Positions 8,191 through 16,343 of a stretch of 24,090 bases of DNA are shown here, piece by piece; the stretch's first letter is position 1; every line of letters begins with the position of its first letter. Under the pieces are notes generated by a model. The model saw only the letters and a list, made by a program, of their open reading frames with translations, was not told where the DNA came from and did no database searches. The translations under genes and the position numbers were made by a program. Source of the stretch: a virus (taxonomy: Duplodnaviria; Caudoviricetes); IMG/VR virus record IMGVR_UViG_3300020438_000270, positions 1-24,090 of that record; one strand, written 5' to 3'.

Positions 8191-9197
8191 TGGATTTTTT
8201 GAAAGACGTCATCAAGGAGATTGGAGATGATTACGCCACGGTTGCGAACAAAATCGATGATACGGAGAGAACGGTTGACACGGGTTCTCACATACTCAAC
8301 GCTCTTGTTAGCGGTAGTGTGTTCGGTGGTGTCAGTGGTAATAAGATCACAGCTATTGCTGGAGAAACATCAACTGGAAAAACCTACTTCTCTCTTGCCA
8401 TTGTCAAGAATTTCTTAGACAAACATCCTGACGGTGGTGTCATGTATTTTGACACAGAATCTGCAATTACAAAAGGATTACTAGAGTCTCGTGGTATAGA
8501 CCTAGATCGTGTAGGTATTATAAATGTAATTACAATAGAACAGTTTCGTAATAGAGCACTAACTGTCGTTGACAAATATCTTGGTTTGGAAGAATCCGAC
8601 AGAAAACCTATGATGTTTGTATTAGACTCTTTGGGTATGCTCTCCACAGAGAAAGAGATCCGTGATGCATTGGATGATAAACAAGTCCGTGACATGACTA
8701 AATCTCAACTTGTGAAGGGTGCGTTTAGAATGTTAACTTTAAAATTAGGAAAAGCAAATGTCCCACTCATTGTCACAAATCACACGTACGATGTCATCGG
8801 AGCTTATGTACCAACTAAAGAGATGGGAGGGGGTAGTGGACTCAAGTACGCAGCGAGTACAATCATTTATCTCAGCAAAGGAAAGGAGAAGGATGGCACG
8901 GAAGTCATCGGAAATATTATCAAGGCAAAGACTGTCAAGTCTCGTCTAAGTAGAGAAAATCGTCAGGTTTCAATACGTCTATACTATGATGAACGTGGTC
9001 TAGACAGATACTATGGACTGTTAGACCTAGCAGAGAAGCATGGTGTATTGAAAAGAGTTGCTAATAGATTTGAAATTGATGGTAAGAAAGTATATGCCAA
9101 AGAAATCTATAAGAATCCTGATAAGTATTTCACACCAGAACTAATGCAAGCATTGGATGAGGTCGCAGAGAAAGAATTTAAGTATGGAGGTGAATAG
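8190..9197 (+). CDS. uvsX: RecA-like recombinase UvsX
   Basis: Walker A GETSTGKT, FDTE, VLDSLG, NHTY, MGGGSG; adjacent to gp41. Confidence 0.96.
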   Translation: MDFLKDVIKEIGDDYATVANKIDDTERTVDTGSHILNALVSGSVFGGVSGNKITAIAGETSTGKTYFSLAIVKNFLDKHPDGGVMYFDTESAITKGLLESRGIDLDRVGIINVITIEQFRNRALTVVDKYLGLEESDRKPMMFVLDSLGMLSTEKEIRDALDDKQVRDMTKSQLVKGAFRMLTLKLGKANVPLIVTNHTYDVIGAYVPTKEMGGGSGLKYAASTIIYLSKGKEKDGTEVIGNIIKAKTVKSRLSRENRQVSIRLYYDERGLDRYYGLLDLAEKHGVLKRVANRFEIDGKKVYAKEIYKNPDKYFTPELMQALDEVAEKEFKYGGE

Positions 9198-10580
9198 GTG
9201 ACGGAAAGAGTTCCTCTTACCATCCTCAAAAATCTTATTCACAACGAAACATATACTAGACAGGTCATACCTTTCATCGAACCTGATTATTTTGAAGAAA
9301 GGACAGATCGTATTGTTTTTGAAGAGATTGCAAAGTTTTTGAGTTCATATGATAAGACTCCTACTAAAGAAGTCTTACATATTGAGGTAGAAAAAAGAGT
9401 AGATGTAACTGAAGATGAGTATAAGAGTGTAGAACAACTCATATCTGCATTAGACACAGAGGAATCTGAGTCAAAGTGGTTGCTTGATACCACAGAAGAG
9501 TGGTGTAAAAGTAGAGCAATATACCTAGCACTAATCAAGAGTATACAGATTGCTGACGGACAAGATGAGCATAAGAAACCAGAAGCAATACCAAATATAT
9601 TATCAGATGCACTTGCGGTAGGATTTGATCAGCATGTAGGGCATGACTACATAGGTGACTCTGAGGATAGATTTGCTTACTATCATAGAGTAGAAAACAA
9701 ACTCCCATTTGACCTTGAATATTTCAACAAGATTACGTCAGGTGGAATATCTGATAAGACTCTTAACATTGCTCTTGCTGGCACTGGTGTCGGTAAGTCT
9801 CTATTCATGTGTCACGTTGCCAGTTCTTGCCTTACACAGGGTAGAAACGTCTTATACATCACTATGGAGATGGCAGAGGAGAAGATTGCAGAGAGGATAG
9901 ATGCAAACTTACTTGATACAAACATAAAAGATATAGCAGAACTACCTGAGAAAATATTCAATAAAAAGATCAATAGTATATCTAAAAAAACTGAAGGTAG
10001 GTTGATTGTCAAGGAATATCCTACTGCATCAGCACATTGTGGACACTTCAAATCACTCTTACAGGAGTTGAAGTTGAAAAAATCTTTCTCTCCTGATATA
10101 ATATTTGTAGATTACTTAAACATCTGTGCTTCATCACGTTATAGAAGTGCAGTCAACGTAAATTCCTATTCATATGTCAAAGCAATCGCAGAAGAACTTA
10201 GAGGACTTGCTGTTGAATTTAGTCTTCCAATTGTCTCAGCTACGCAAACTACTAGGTCTGGTTTTGCTAGTTCTGACCCTGATCTTACTGACACAAGTGA
10301 ATCTTTTGGTCTTCCTGCTACTGCTGATCTTATGTTTGCTCTTATTAGTACAGAAGAGTTGGAGGGACTTAATCAAATAATGGTCAAACAGTTGAAGAAT
10401 CGTTACAATGATCCGACAATCAACAAAAGGTTTGTCGTAGGCATTGACAGAGCGAAGATGAGACTGTATGATGTAGAACAGGGAGCACAACAAGACCTCG
10501 TAGAGGATATCGAAGTTGTACAACACAATAAAAAAGAACATTCACAATCCAAATCTAAATTCGATGACTTCAAATTTTGA
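9198..10580 (+). CDS. gp41: Replicative DnaB-like helicase (T4 gp41)
   Basis: LAGTGVGKSLFMC, ITMEMAEEKIAERID, VDYLNI, ATQTTR, DTSESFGLPATAD, KQLKNRY. Confidence 0.97.
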   Translation: MTERVPLTILKNLIHNETYTRQVIPFIEPDYFEERTDRIVFEEIAKFLSSYDKTPTKEVLHIEVEKRVDVTEDEYKSVEQLISALDTEESESKWLLDTTEEWCKSRAIYLALIKSIQIADGQDEHKKPEAIPNILSDALAVGFDQHVGHDYIGDSEDRFAYYHRVENKLPFDLEYFNKITSGGISDKTLNIALAGTGVGKSLFMCHVASSCLTQGRNVLYITMEMAEEKIAERIDANLLDTNIKDIAELPEKIFNKKINSISKKTEGRLIVKEYPTASAHCGHFKSLLQELKLKKSFSPDIIFVDYLNICASSRYRSAVNVNSYSYVKAIAEELRGLAVEFSLPIVSATQTTRSGFASSDPDLTDTSESFGLPATADLMFALISTEELEGLNQIMVKQLKNRYNDPTINKRFVVGIDRAKMRLYDVEQGAQQDLVEDIEVVQHNKKEHSQSKSKFDDFKF

Positions 10581-10968
10581 TAGCAAGTACGTAAAGTTTG
10601 TAAACCAAGTAACAAGCGATGAATCTAAGAATCATGTTGCATTTATTAATCGCATCAAAGATTTAGAACAAAATTCTGAGATGCATCGTCTACTCACTGC
10701 TGCTGTAGGTATGAGTGCAGAAGGTGGAGAGTTCTTAGAGATCGTAAAGAAGATGATCTTCCAAGGAAAACCATACAATGATGATAATGTAAGGCATCTC
10801 AAGATAGAACTAGGAGATGTACTATGGTATGTTGCTCAAGCATGTATGGCATTAGATATAAGTCTTGATGAGATAACAGACATGAATATTGACAAGTTAT
10901 CAAAGAGATTTCCTGATGGACACTTCTCAGAGTACTATTCAGAGAACAGAAAAGAAGGTGATATCTAG
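10564..10968 (+). CDS. mazG: MazG-family NTP pyrophosphohydrolase
   Basis: AEGGEFLEIVKK...ELGDVLWY...NIDKLSKRFP. Start placed at ATG 10564 rather than 10516 to minimise overlap with gp41. Confidence 0.93.
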   Translation: MTSNFDSKYVKFVNQVTSDESKNHVAFINRIKDLEQNSEMHRLLTAAVGMSAEGGEFLEIVKKMIFQGKPYNDDNVRHLKIELGDVLWYVAQACMALDISLDEITDMNIDKLSKRFPDGHFSEYYSENRKEGDI

Positions 10969-11653
10969 TTATTGTATAACTTGTCTTAAGATAGGTAACA
11001 AATTTGACAATTCATATGTCAATAATCTTTATGGTATGATAAGTCGTCAATCTGATGCAGACTTTTACTGCTTTACTGATGATCCGGAGGGAATTGATCC
11101 TAAGGTAAATGTTATAGAAATTGACGCTAGTGAGTATCAATCATGGGATAACTGGTGGGCAGCATGGTGGAAGATAGTACTCTTCGTTCGTCCTGAGTTA
11201 GCAAAGTATGACAGAAAAATCTTTTTTGACCTAGATGTTATCATTCACGGAAATATCTCACAAGTACTTGACTTTGATAGTAACTTTGCATTAGTGTACA
11301 GTACATGGAAGGGAGTTCCCTTCAAAATGAAGTACCCTAACAAGAGTTTATTCAATTCAAGTGTCATAGTTTGGAAAGATGTTACGTCAATCTATGAGTA
11401 TTTTATGCAAAACGCAAAACATTATGTGTCTAAATATGCAGGAACGGATGACTTCTATCACAACGAGAAGATCAAAAGAGAACAACTACCACACTGCATA
11501 TATTCCTACAGAGATGGAGAGAAACCAAATCAATTGAATAGTTTTATTATGAGACAGAATAAATCAATAGCACTCCTACACCAGAGACCAAAAAATCATG
11601 AATTGAGTGAATCAGAACATCCAATAGTGAGACACTGGAAGGTTTATATATAA
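10958..11653 (+). CDS. Glycosyltransferase-like protein (GT-A fold, DxD)
   Basis: CLKIGNKF..YVNNLY..., CFTDD, WWKI, FFDLDVII (DxD), FNSSVI. The probable start is the in-frame GTG at 10958. Confidence 0.75.
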   Translation: MISSYCITCLKIGNKFDNSYVNNLYGMISRQSDADFYCFTDDPEGIDPKVNVIEIDASEYQSWDNWWAAWWKIVLFVRPELAKYDRKIFFDLDVIIHGNISQVLDFDSNFALVYSTWKGVPFKMKYPNKSLFNSSVIVWKDVTSIYEYFMQNAKHYVSKYAGTDDFYHNEKIKREQLPHCIYSYRDGEKPNQLNSFIMRQNKSIALLHQRPKNHELSESEHPIVRHWKVYI

Positions 11654-11723
11654 ACGTACGAGGAGTGATGCTGCCTGTCCAAAAAAGATCGTCGTTCTAA
11701 CAACTTCTATATCAAAAAACATT

Positions 11724-11978
11724 ATGTCTTTTGTTAATCCTAAGTGGTTCGAGCGTTTTCCTCGCACCATTACTAAAGCAGTTACTTGGCGTAGCTGGAT
11801 GATGGTTACTAACTCAGTAATCGGTTGGATCGTTTCGGGTGATCCTTGGAAAGGTCTTACTATCGGTCTTATGGCACTGGTAATCAACTCAACGTTGTAC
11901 ATACTGCATGAGCGTCTCTGGAACAGAAGCGACTGGCAGCGTAAGACAACATCTCCTGATGAGAAAGTTTACATCTAA
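11724..11978 (+). CDS. Small membrane protein, DUF2061-like
   Basis: RTITKAVTWR...two hydrophobic helices...YILHERLWN, the KxxxWR / HERxW pattern of DUF2061 (from memory). Confidence 0.75.
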   Translation: MSFVNPKWFERFPRTITKAVTWRSWMMVTNSVIGWIVSGDPWKGLTIGLMALVINSTLYILHERLWNRSDWQRKTTSPDEKVYI

Positions 11979-11985
11979 TAAATAC
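11979..11985 (+). promoter_or_regulatory. T4-like late promoter core
   Basis: ATAAATA about 30 bp upstream of the dctP-like gene; SD-like AAGGGG follows. Confidence 0.55.
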
Positions 11986-12017
11986 TATTAGTAAAACTAT
12001 TCTATAAGGGGTAATTC

Positions 12018-12977
12018 ATGAAAACAATTAGATGGGTTCTAGCACACGAACCAATTGAATTGTTTCTAAGAGCTGCGAAAAAGTTCAAAGCATCTATGGA
12101 AGCAATCGCACCAGGTGCTTTGAATATTGAAATTCTTACGCTCTCTGAGTACGCTGATAAGTATAATAATGGTGAGTCAATTACTAAGCACGACTTGCTA
12201 GAACTAATGGCAGAAGGGAAGATTGAGGTCTCCCAGATGTATACATCAACATTAGGTCGTAAGCATAACAAAGACTTCTGGGCATTAGATATGCCATTCT
12301 TGTTCCGTGATCACGATCACGCAACTAACGTCTTTGAAGGTCCTATCGGACAGTCACTTCTTGATGGTTTAGCAGATCCTGCTAAAGGCGAGAAAGGTGG
12401 AGTAAAAGGATTAGCATTTACATACTCAGGCGGATACAGAAACATCCCTGCTAACGCAGAAATACATAAGATTGAAGACTTTGAAGGACTTGAGTTACGT
12501 TGTAACAAATCTCCTATAGCGATTGAAACTCTAGAAGCAGTTGGTGCTAAGACAGTGCCCATTGAACTAGAGCAAATCAACGAAGGTGTTCAATCAGGTA
12601 TCATTGTTGGTGGAGAGTCAACATATCCTCGCTTCTTCGGTCTGAAGCAAGATGAGTGTATGAATACAATCAACGACACTTCGCACAGTCTATTCCTTAC
12701 ATCAATTATTGTGAGTGAAGGATTCTGGAACGGTCTAGACGCTGATCTTCAAGCGAAGATTAAGGATGCATCATTCGATGCTGCTAGAGCAGAAAGAGTT
12801 TGGTCTGTAGAAGATATTGACATCGTAAAATCTTCTTGTAAAGAGAAGAACATTAACGTTGTAACAATGAGCGACGCAGAAAAAACAAGGTTCAAAGAGA
12901 AAACTGCATACATCTATGATAAGTACTCAGACATGTTCCCAGAGGGACTTGTTGATTCTATCAAAGAGACAAAATAA
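12018..12977 (+). CDS. dctP: TRAP transporter substrate-binding protein (DctP family), no signal peptide
   Basis: LDMPFLFRD..H, GGYRNI, EDFEGLELR (conserved Arg), EAVGAKTVPI, SEGFWNGLDADLQ are DctP-type motifs. The N-terminus MKTIRWVLAHEP has no hydrophobic h-region. Confidence 0.85.
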   Translation: MKTIRWVLAHEPIELFLRAAKKFKASMEAIAPGALNIEILTLSEYADKYNNGESITKHDLLELMAEGKIEVSQMYTSTLGRKHNKDFWALDMPFLFRDHDHATNVFEGPIGQSLLDGLADPAKGEKGGVKGLAFTYSGGYRNIPANAEIHKIEDFEGLELRCNKSPIAIETLEAVGAKTVPIELEQINEGVQSGIIVGGESTYPRFFGLKQDECMNTINDTSHSLFLTSIIVSEGFWNGLDADLQAKIKDASFDAARAERVWSVEDIDIVKSSCKEKNINVVTMSDAEKTRFKEKTAYIYDKYSDMFPEGLVDSIKETK

Positions 12978-12997
12978 TTCCACAGTGCATGGATTTT

Positions 12998-13025
12998 GGG
13001 GAGTCTTCGGACTCCCTTTTTTTTT
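12998..13025 (+). terminator. Strong Rho-independent terminator
   Basis: GGGAGTC-TTCG-GACTCCC perfect stem with a cUUCGg tetraloop (T4-typical), followed by T9. Confidence 0.93.
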
Positions 13026-13056
13026 GTGTCTATATACTACATAGGATCCTTTTATA

Positions 13057-14133
13057 ATGCAATTTCTTGAGTGGCCATCTCAATATCTCTCTAGTGCAAA
13101 GTACTTTGATACACCTAGGTATCAAATGTTTTTTCTAAAGGAAGAGAATGAGTTGAACAGATGGATGGGCATGAGATGTATTTGTAGAGCAGGATTATTA
13201 CCAACAAAAAGAAATTACACAGTTATATCACCACTACCAAATTTTGTAGACAATAATTTTGATACAGACATGAGTGTAGACCAATGTTGTAGAGATGCAG
13301 CAGATCTTTGTGTTAAATATGCTGGTGGTAGGACTATAAATCTCTTGTGGTCTGGTGGAATTGATAGCACCACTGCATTTTATGCTTTACATAACACAGG
13401 TCTTAGTATAAATGTACATTGTGACCCTCAGGTAGAGAAAGAAGCACCATATATTTTTGAAAAATTAAGTTGGGATCGTTATCCTAATATGACTATGATC
13501 ATGCATCAACATGATAATACTAAAGACTGTGCACCCTATGAAGCAGGTATGAGTATAAGAAATGGGATACAATCATACATAAACGAGGACAATATATTTG
13601 TGACAGGTGAAGTTGGTGATCAAATATTTGGTACAGGTAAAGTATTTGCCTTCCCATCTCATGCATGGGACAGAGATTACAGAGAAACTATACCTAAGAG
13701 GATAGATGAACTGACTTATGATACTATGCACTATGCCTTGAACAAAGAAGGTGCTAACCTAAAGCAATGGATGTGGGCAGGAAGTTATATGTTCAAATAT
13801 CAGACAGCAGCAGTGCGTAGCATCAGATACTATGGTGCTGTAGCACCTTTTGCTCCATACAATAACTGCTTCCACTTCTTTGATACACCTAATTGGAATA
13901 GATATGGACACACCAATCAAGATGAGAACAGTTCTTGGCAAAAACCAAAGGAGTATAAGATGCCTCTCAAGCAGTGGATATATGAACAGAATGGTGATGA
14001 ATATTACAGAGATAACAAACTAAAGTTCCCATCATCTAATAGAAAGAGATTATATAACAATGATCTTGATGGTTTAGATGACAATGAGGAGTGGTTTGCA
14101 CTTCAAAAGTCTGTTTTTGGGGGTAATATGTAG
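13057..14133 (+). CDS. Asparagine-synthetase-like PP-loop ATP pyrophosphatase, copy 1
   Basis: LLWSGGIDST (PP-loop) and FVTGEVGDQIFG (cf. AsnB SGEGADELFG); no N-terminal Ntn glutaminase domain. Confidence 0.75.
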   Translation: MQFLEWPSQYLSSAKYFDTPRYQMFFLKEENELNRWMGMRCICRAGLLPTKRNYTVISPLPNFVDNNFDTDMSVDQCCRDAADLCVKYAGGRTINLLWSGGIDSTTAFYALHNTGLSINVHCDPQVEKEAPYIFEKLSWDRYPNMTMIMHQHDNTKDCAPYEAGMSIRNGIQSYINEDNIFVTGEVGDQIFGTGKVFAFPSHAWDRDYRETIPKRIDELTYDTMHYALNKEGANLKQWMWAGSYMFKYQTAAVRSIRYYGAVAPFAPYNNCFHFFDTPNWNRYGHTNQDENSSWQKPKEYKMPLKQWIYEQNGDEYYRDNKLKFPSSNRKRLYNNDLDGLDDNEEWFALQKSVFGGNM

Positions 14134-15335
14134 TGGGATATAACGAAATAGATGGATTTATATTAGAGTCTATGCATCCAGACCGTAACAATCATTCATG
14201 GTCTGAGGATGGTAGTCTTGAACCTCCTTATGACTATAAATGGAGCACTGAATATATGCCTAGGGCTGTGAAAAACAAGGAGGGAAAGGGATGGTATTAT
14301 AAAGGTGATTTTACTAACAAAGAGAACGCACTCAACAGATATTTTAGGACTAGATGTGTATGTAGGAGAGGTAAACTTCAACCCAAAAACCCATACAAAA
14401 TAATATCACCACTACCTACCAATCTACACACTGACATGTCACTTGATAATGTGTGTGAGGATGCTGTCAACGTTATCAATGATAATTCTAATGGCAGAAA
14501 GATAAACCTATTATGGTCAGGTGGTATTGATAGCACCACTGCTCTATATGCTTTTGCTAGAACAGATATACCAATCAATGTGCATTACGATGTCTCAGCA
14601 CAGCAGGAGTGTTCAACAGGGTGGGATGCTCTAGAGACAGGTAAGTATAGTAACATAACTTCTATCAATCATGGATACGTCAACGAAAGATTTGCTCTTA
14701 GAACTCCTCTGATTCCATACGTAAAAGATACTAACAATTTATTTGTCACAGGTGAGATAGGAGACAATATAATGGGTTCAGCAAGAGTATTTTTATACCC
14801 AAAAGAAGTTAGAAATGATCATTTCAATAAGATAATTCCTGATTGGGTGGCAGAAATATGCCATCAGTCATTGATGTGTGTTCTGAACAAGAAAGATGTT
14901 AGTCTAAAGCAATGGACTTGGGCATGGTGTTTCATGATCAAGTATCAGTACTGTCAGGTCAGATGTCATGAACAATATAATATAGCACCTTACCCACCAC
15001 TCAATAATGCGTTTCACTTCTTCGATACACCTAACTTTCAGAGATGGGCGGTCTCAAATCAGGATTATATAAACAGTTGGCAAGAAATACCTGAGTATAA
15101 GATGCCATTGAAACAGTTTATATACGAGCAGAATGGTGATAAGTATTACAGAGATCATAAACTAAAGACCCCATCATCTAATAGACGTAGGGTACAAGGA
15201 GGATTCAATTTTGAAGATCAGGTCACTGGACTTAAATTGAACGACGAATATATAAGAGTGATAAAGAAAACCTTTGGAGCAAATACTCCAGAAGTAAAAG
15301 GTTTCTCTAGAGAAGAAAGAAAAAACATGTACTAA
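14133..15335 (+). CDS. Asparagine-synthetase-like PP-loop ATP pyrophosphatase, copy 2 (paralog)
   Basis: LLWSGGIDST and FVTGEIGDNIMG; shares FHFFDTPN and EYKMPLKQ.IYEQNGD.YYRD.KLK.PSSNR with copy 1. GTG start overlaps the TAG of copy 1. Confidence 0.75.
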   Translation: MGYNEIDGFILESMHPDRNNHSWSEDGSLEPPYDYKWSTEYMPRAVKNKEGKGWYYKGDFTNKENALNRYFRTRCVCRRGKLQPKNPYKIISPLPTNLHTDMSLDNVCEDAVNVINDNSNGRKINLLWSGGIDSTTALYAFARTDIPINVHYDVSAQQECSTGWDALETGKYSNITSINHGYVNERFALRTPLIPYVKDTNNLFVTGEIGDNIMGSARVFLYPKEVRNDHFNKIIPDWVAEICHQSLMCVLNKKDVSLKQWTWAWCFMIKYQYCQVRCHEQYNIAPYPPLNNAFHFFDTPNFQRWAVSNQDYINSWQEIPEYKMPLKQFIYEQNGDKYYRDHKLKTPSSNRRRVQGGFNFEDQVTGLKLNDEYIRVIKKTFGANTPEVKGFSREERKNMY

Positions 15336-16156
15336 TGATAGACAGAGGTAAACAATTTGAATTTGCTGTGATGAAGTCTGCTTATAGTAGGATAAGAAAC
15401 CCTAGTCTTACTAAACAATCCATGCTGACATACTTCAATGGTCAACCTATTGAAGCTAATGTGCAAAATGCAGCAGATAAAATGGTGGATAGGGTAGGTG
15501 GAAGTAGAAATACCATTAGAGGTAATGATCCATTCTATAACTCTTTTATATTGATGGGTGGACAAAGACCTGAACCAAAAACAGATATCATATTCACTAA
15601 GAATGGTGTCAAACATAGATGCTCTCTAAAATATGGTGGTAGATTTCAATTATCTTCTGCTGGTATAGAGAGTTCTATAAAGGTATTGAATAATGTGCTA
15701 TCAAAAGTATCTTTTAGTGGTGGTCTTGGTGGGTTGCAAGTAAAGAAAGTTGCTTCAGTTCTAACAGAACTATCAGAAGTATTTGACGGACCTAAAAGGC
15801 AAGAGAAACCTGTGATGGATAGACTTATGAGAGAAGCAAAGAAGGAGGGTGGTATAAATGACGCACTGCAAGATATATTAGGGTCAAGAAAAATGCCAGA
15901 AGGATCAAAAGTATTTCAAACATTCAAGGAAGAGTTAGTCAGGGAGGCATTGACAGGTAAAATTATGTTTGGTGCCAACAATGACAAGACTGCTAACTTT
16001 ATATTGACTGATAACTATCTACGTAGGATAGATGCTACACTTGTAAGAGAGGTTACATCAAAGACCTATGTTGATATTCGACCCAAGGGTCGAGGACTAA
16101 CTAAGGAGGGTATTAAATTAAATGAAGCAGTCATCCGAATTGAATCAGTTGATTGA
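15335..16156 (+). CDS. Putative PD-(D/E)xK restriction-endonuclease-like protein
   Basis: GKQFEFAV...PEPKTDII...CSLKYGG: an N-terminal E, a TD and an SxK variant of the catalytic motif. Confidence 0.55.
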   Translation: MIDRGKQFEFAVMKSAYSRIRNPSLTKQSMLTYFNGQPIEANVQNAADKMVDRVGGSRNTIRGNDPFYNSFILMGGQRPEPKTDIIFTKNGVKHRCSLKYGGRFQLSSAGIESSIKVLNNVLSKVSFSGGLGGLQVKKVASVLTELSEVFDGPKRQEKPVMDRLMREAKKEGGINDALQDILGSRKMPEGSKVFQTFKEELVREALTGKIMFGANNDKTANFILTDNYLRRIDATLVREVTSKTYVDIRPKGRGLTKEGIKLNEAVIRIESVD

Positions 16157-16343
16157 TGAGTTGATTGAAGTCTACAAGACACAGAAGACTCGTCGAAAAC
16201 AGATCATGGTTAAAGAAGTTGAAGACTTCCAACGCTTTTTCTATGCTATAACTGGAAGCATAGATAAATATAAGCAAATGCAATATGTTGGAATGCATTA
16301 TATTGAATCCAACAAAAAATCAATCTACGAAAAATTGAAGTGA
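16122..16343 (+). CDS. Hypothetical protein (73 aa)
   Basis: Fills the gap and overlaps both neighbours (GTGA with the next ORF). Confidence 0.6.
   Translation: MKQSSELNQLIDELIEVYKTQKTRRKQIMVKEVEDFQRFFYAITGSIDKYKQMQYVGMHYIESNKKSIYEKLK

Noticed and set aside
4646-10580. Inteins or introns in gp43, uvsX or gp41
   Set aside because: Lengths are ordinary and motifs are contiguous; no splice motifs or homing endonuclease were seen.
10516-10957. Long N-terminal extensions of mazG (10516) and the glycosyltransferase (10889), and likewise 17236 and 17978
   Set aside because: These are artefacts of longest-ORF calling; downstream in-frame starts give the short overlaps typical of this genome.
13057-15335. 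Lasso-peptide biosynthetic cluster interpretation of the AsnB-like pair
   Set aside because: No transglutaminase-like leader peptidase, RRE domain or precursor with a lasso leader pattern is visible in the window.
13057-15335. queC / 7-deazaguanine DNA modification call
   Set aside because: The QueC C-terminal Cys cluster is absent, the GExGD motif is AsnB-like, and there is no queD, queE, folE or dpdA in the window.
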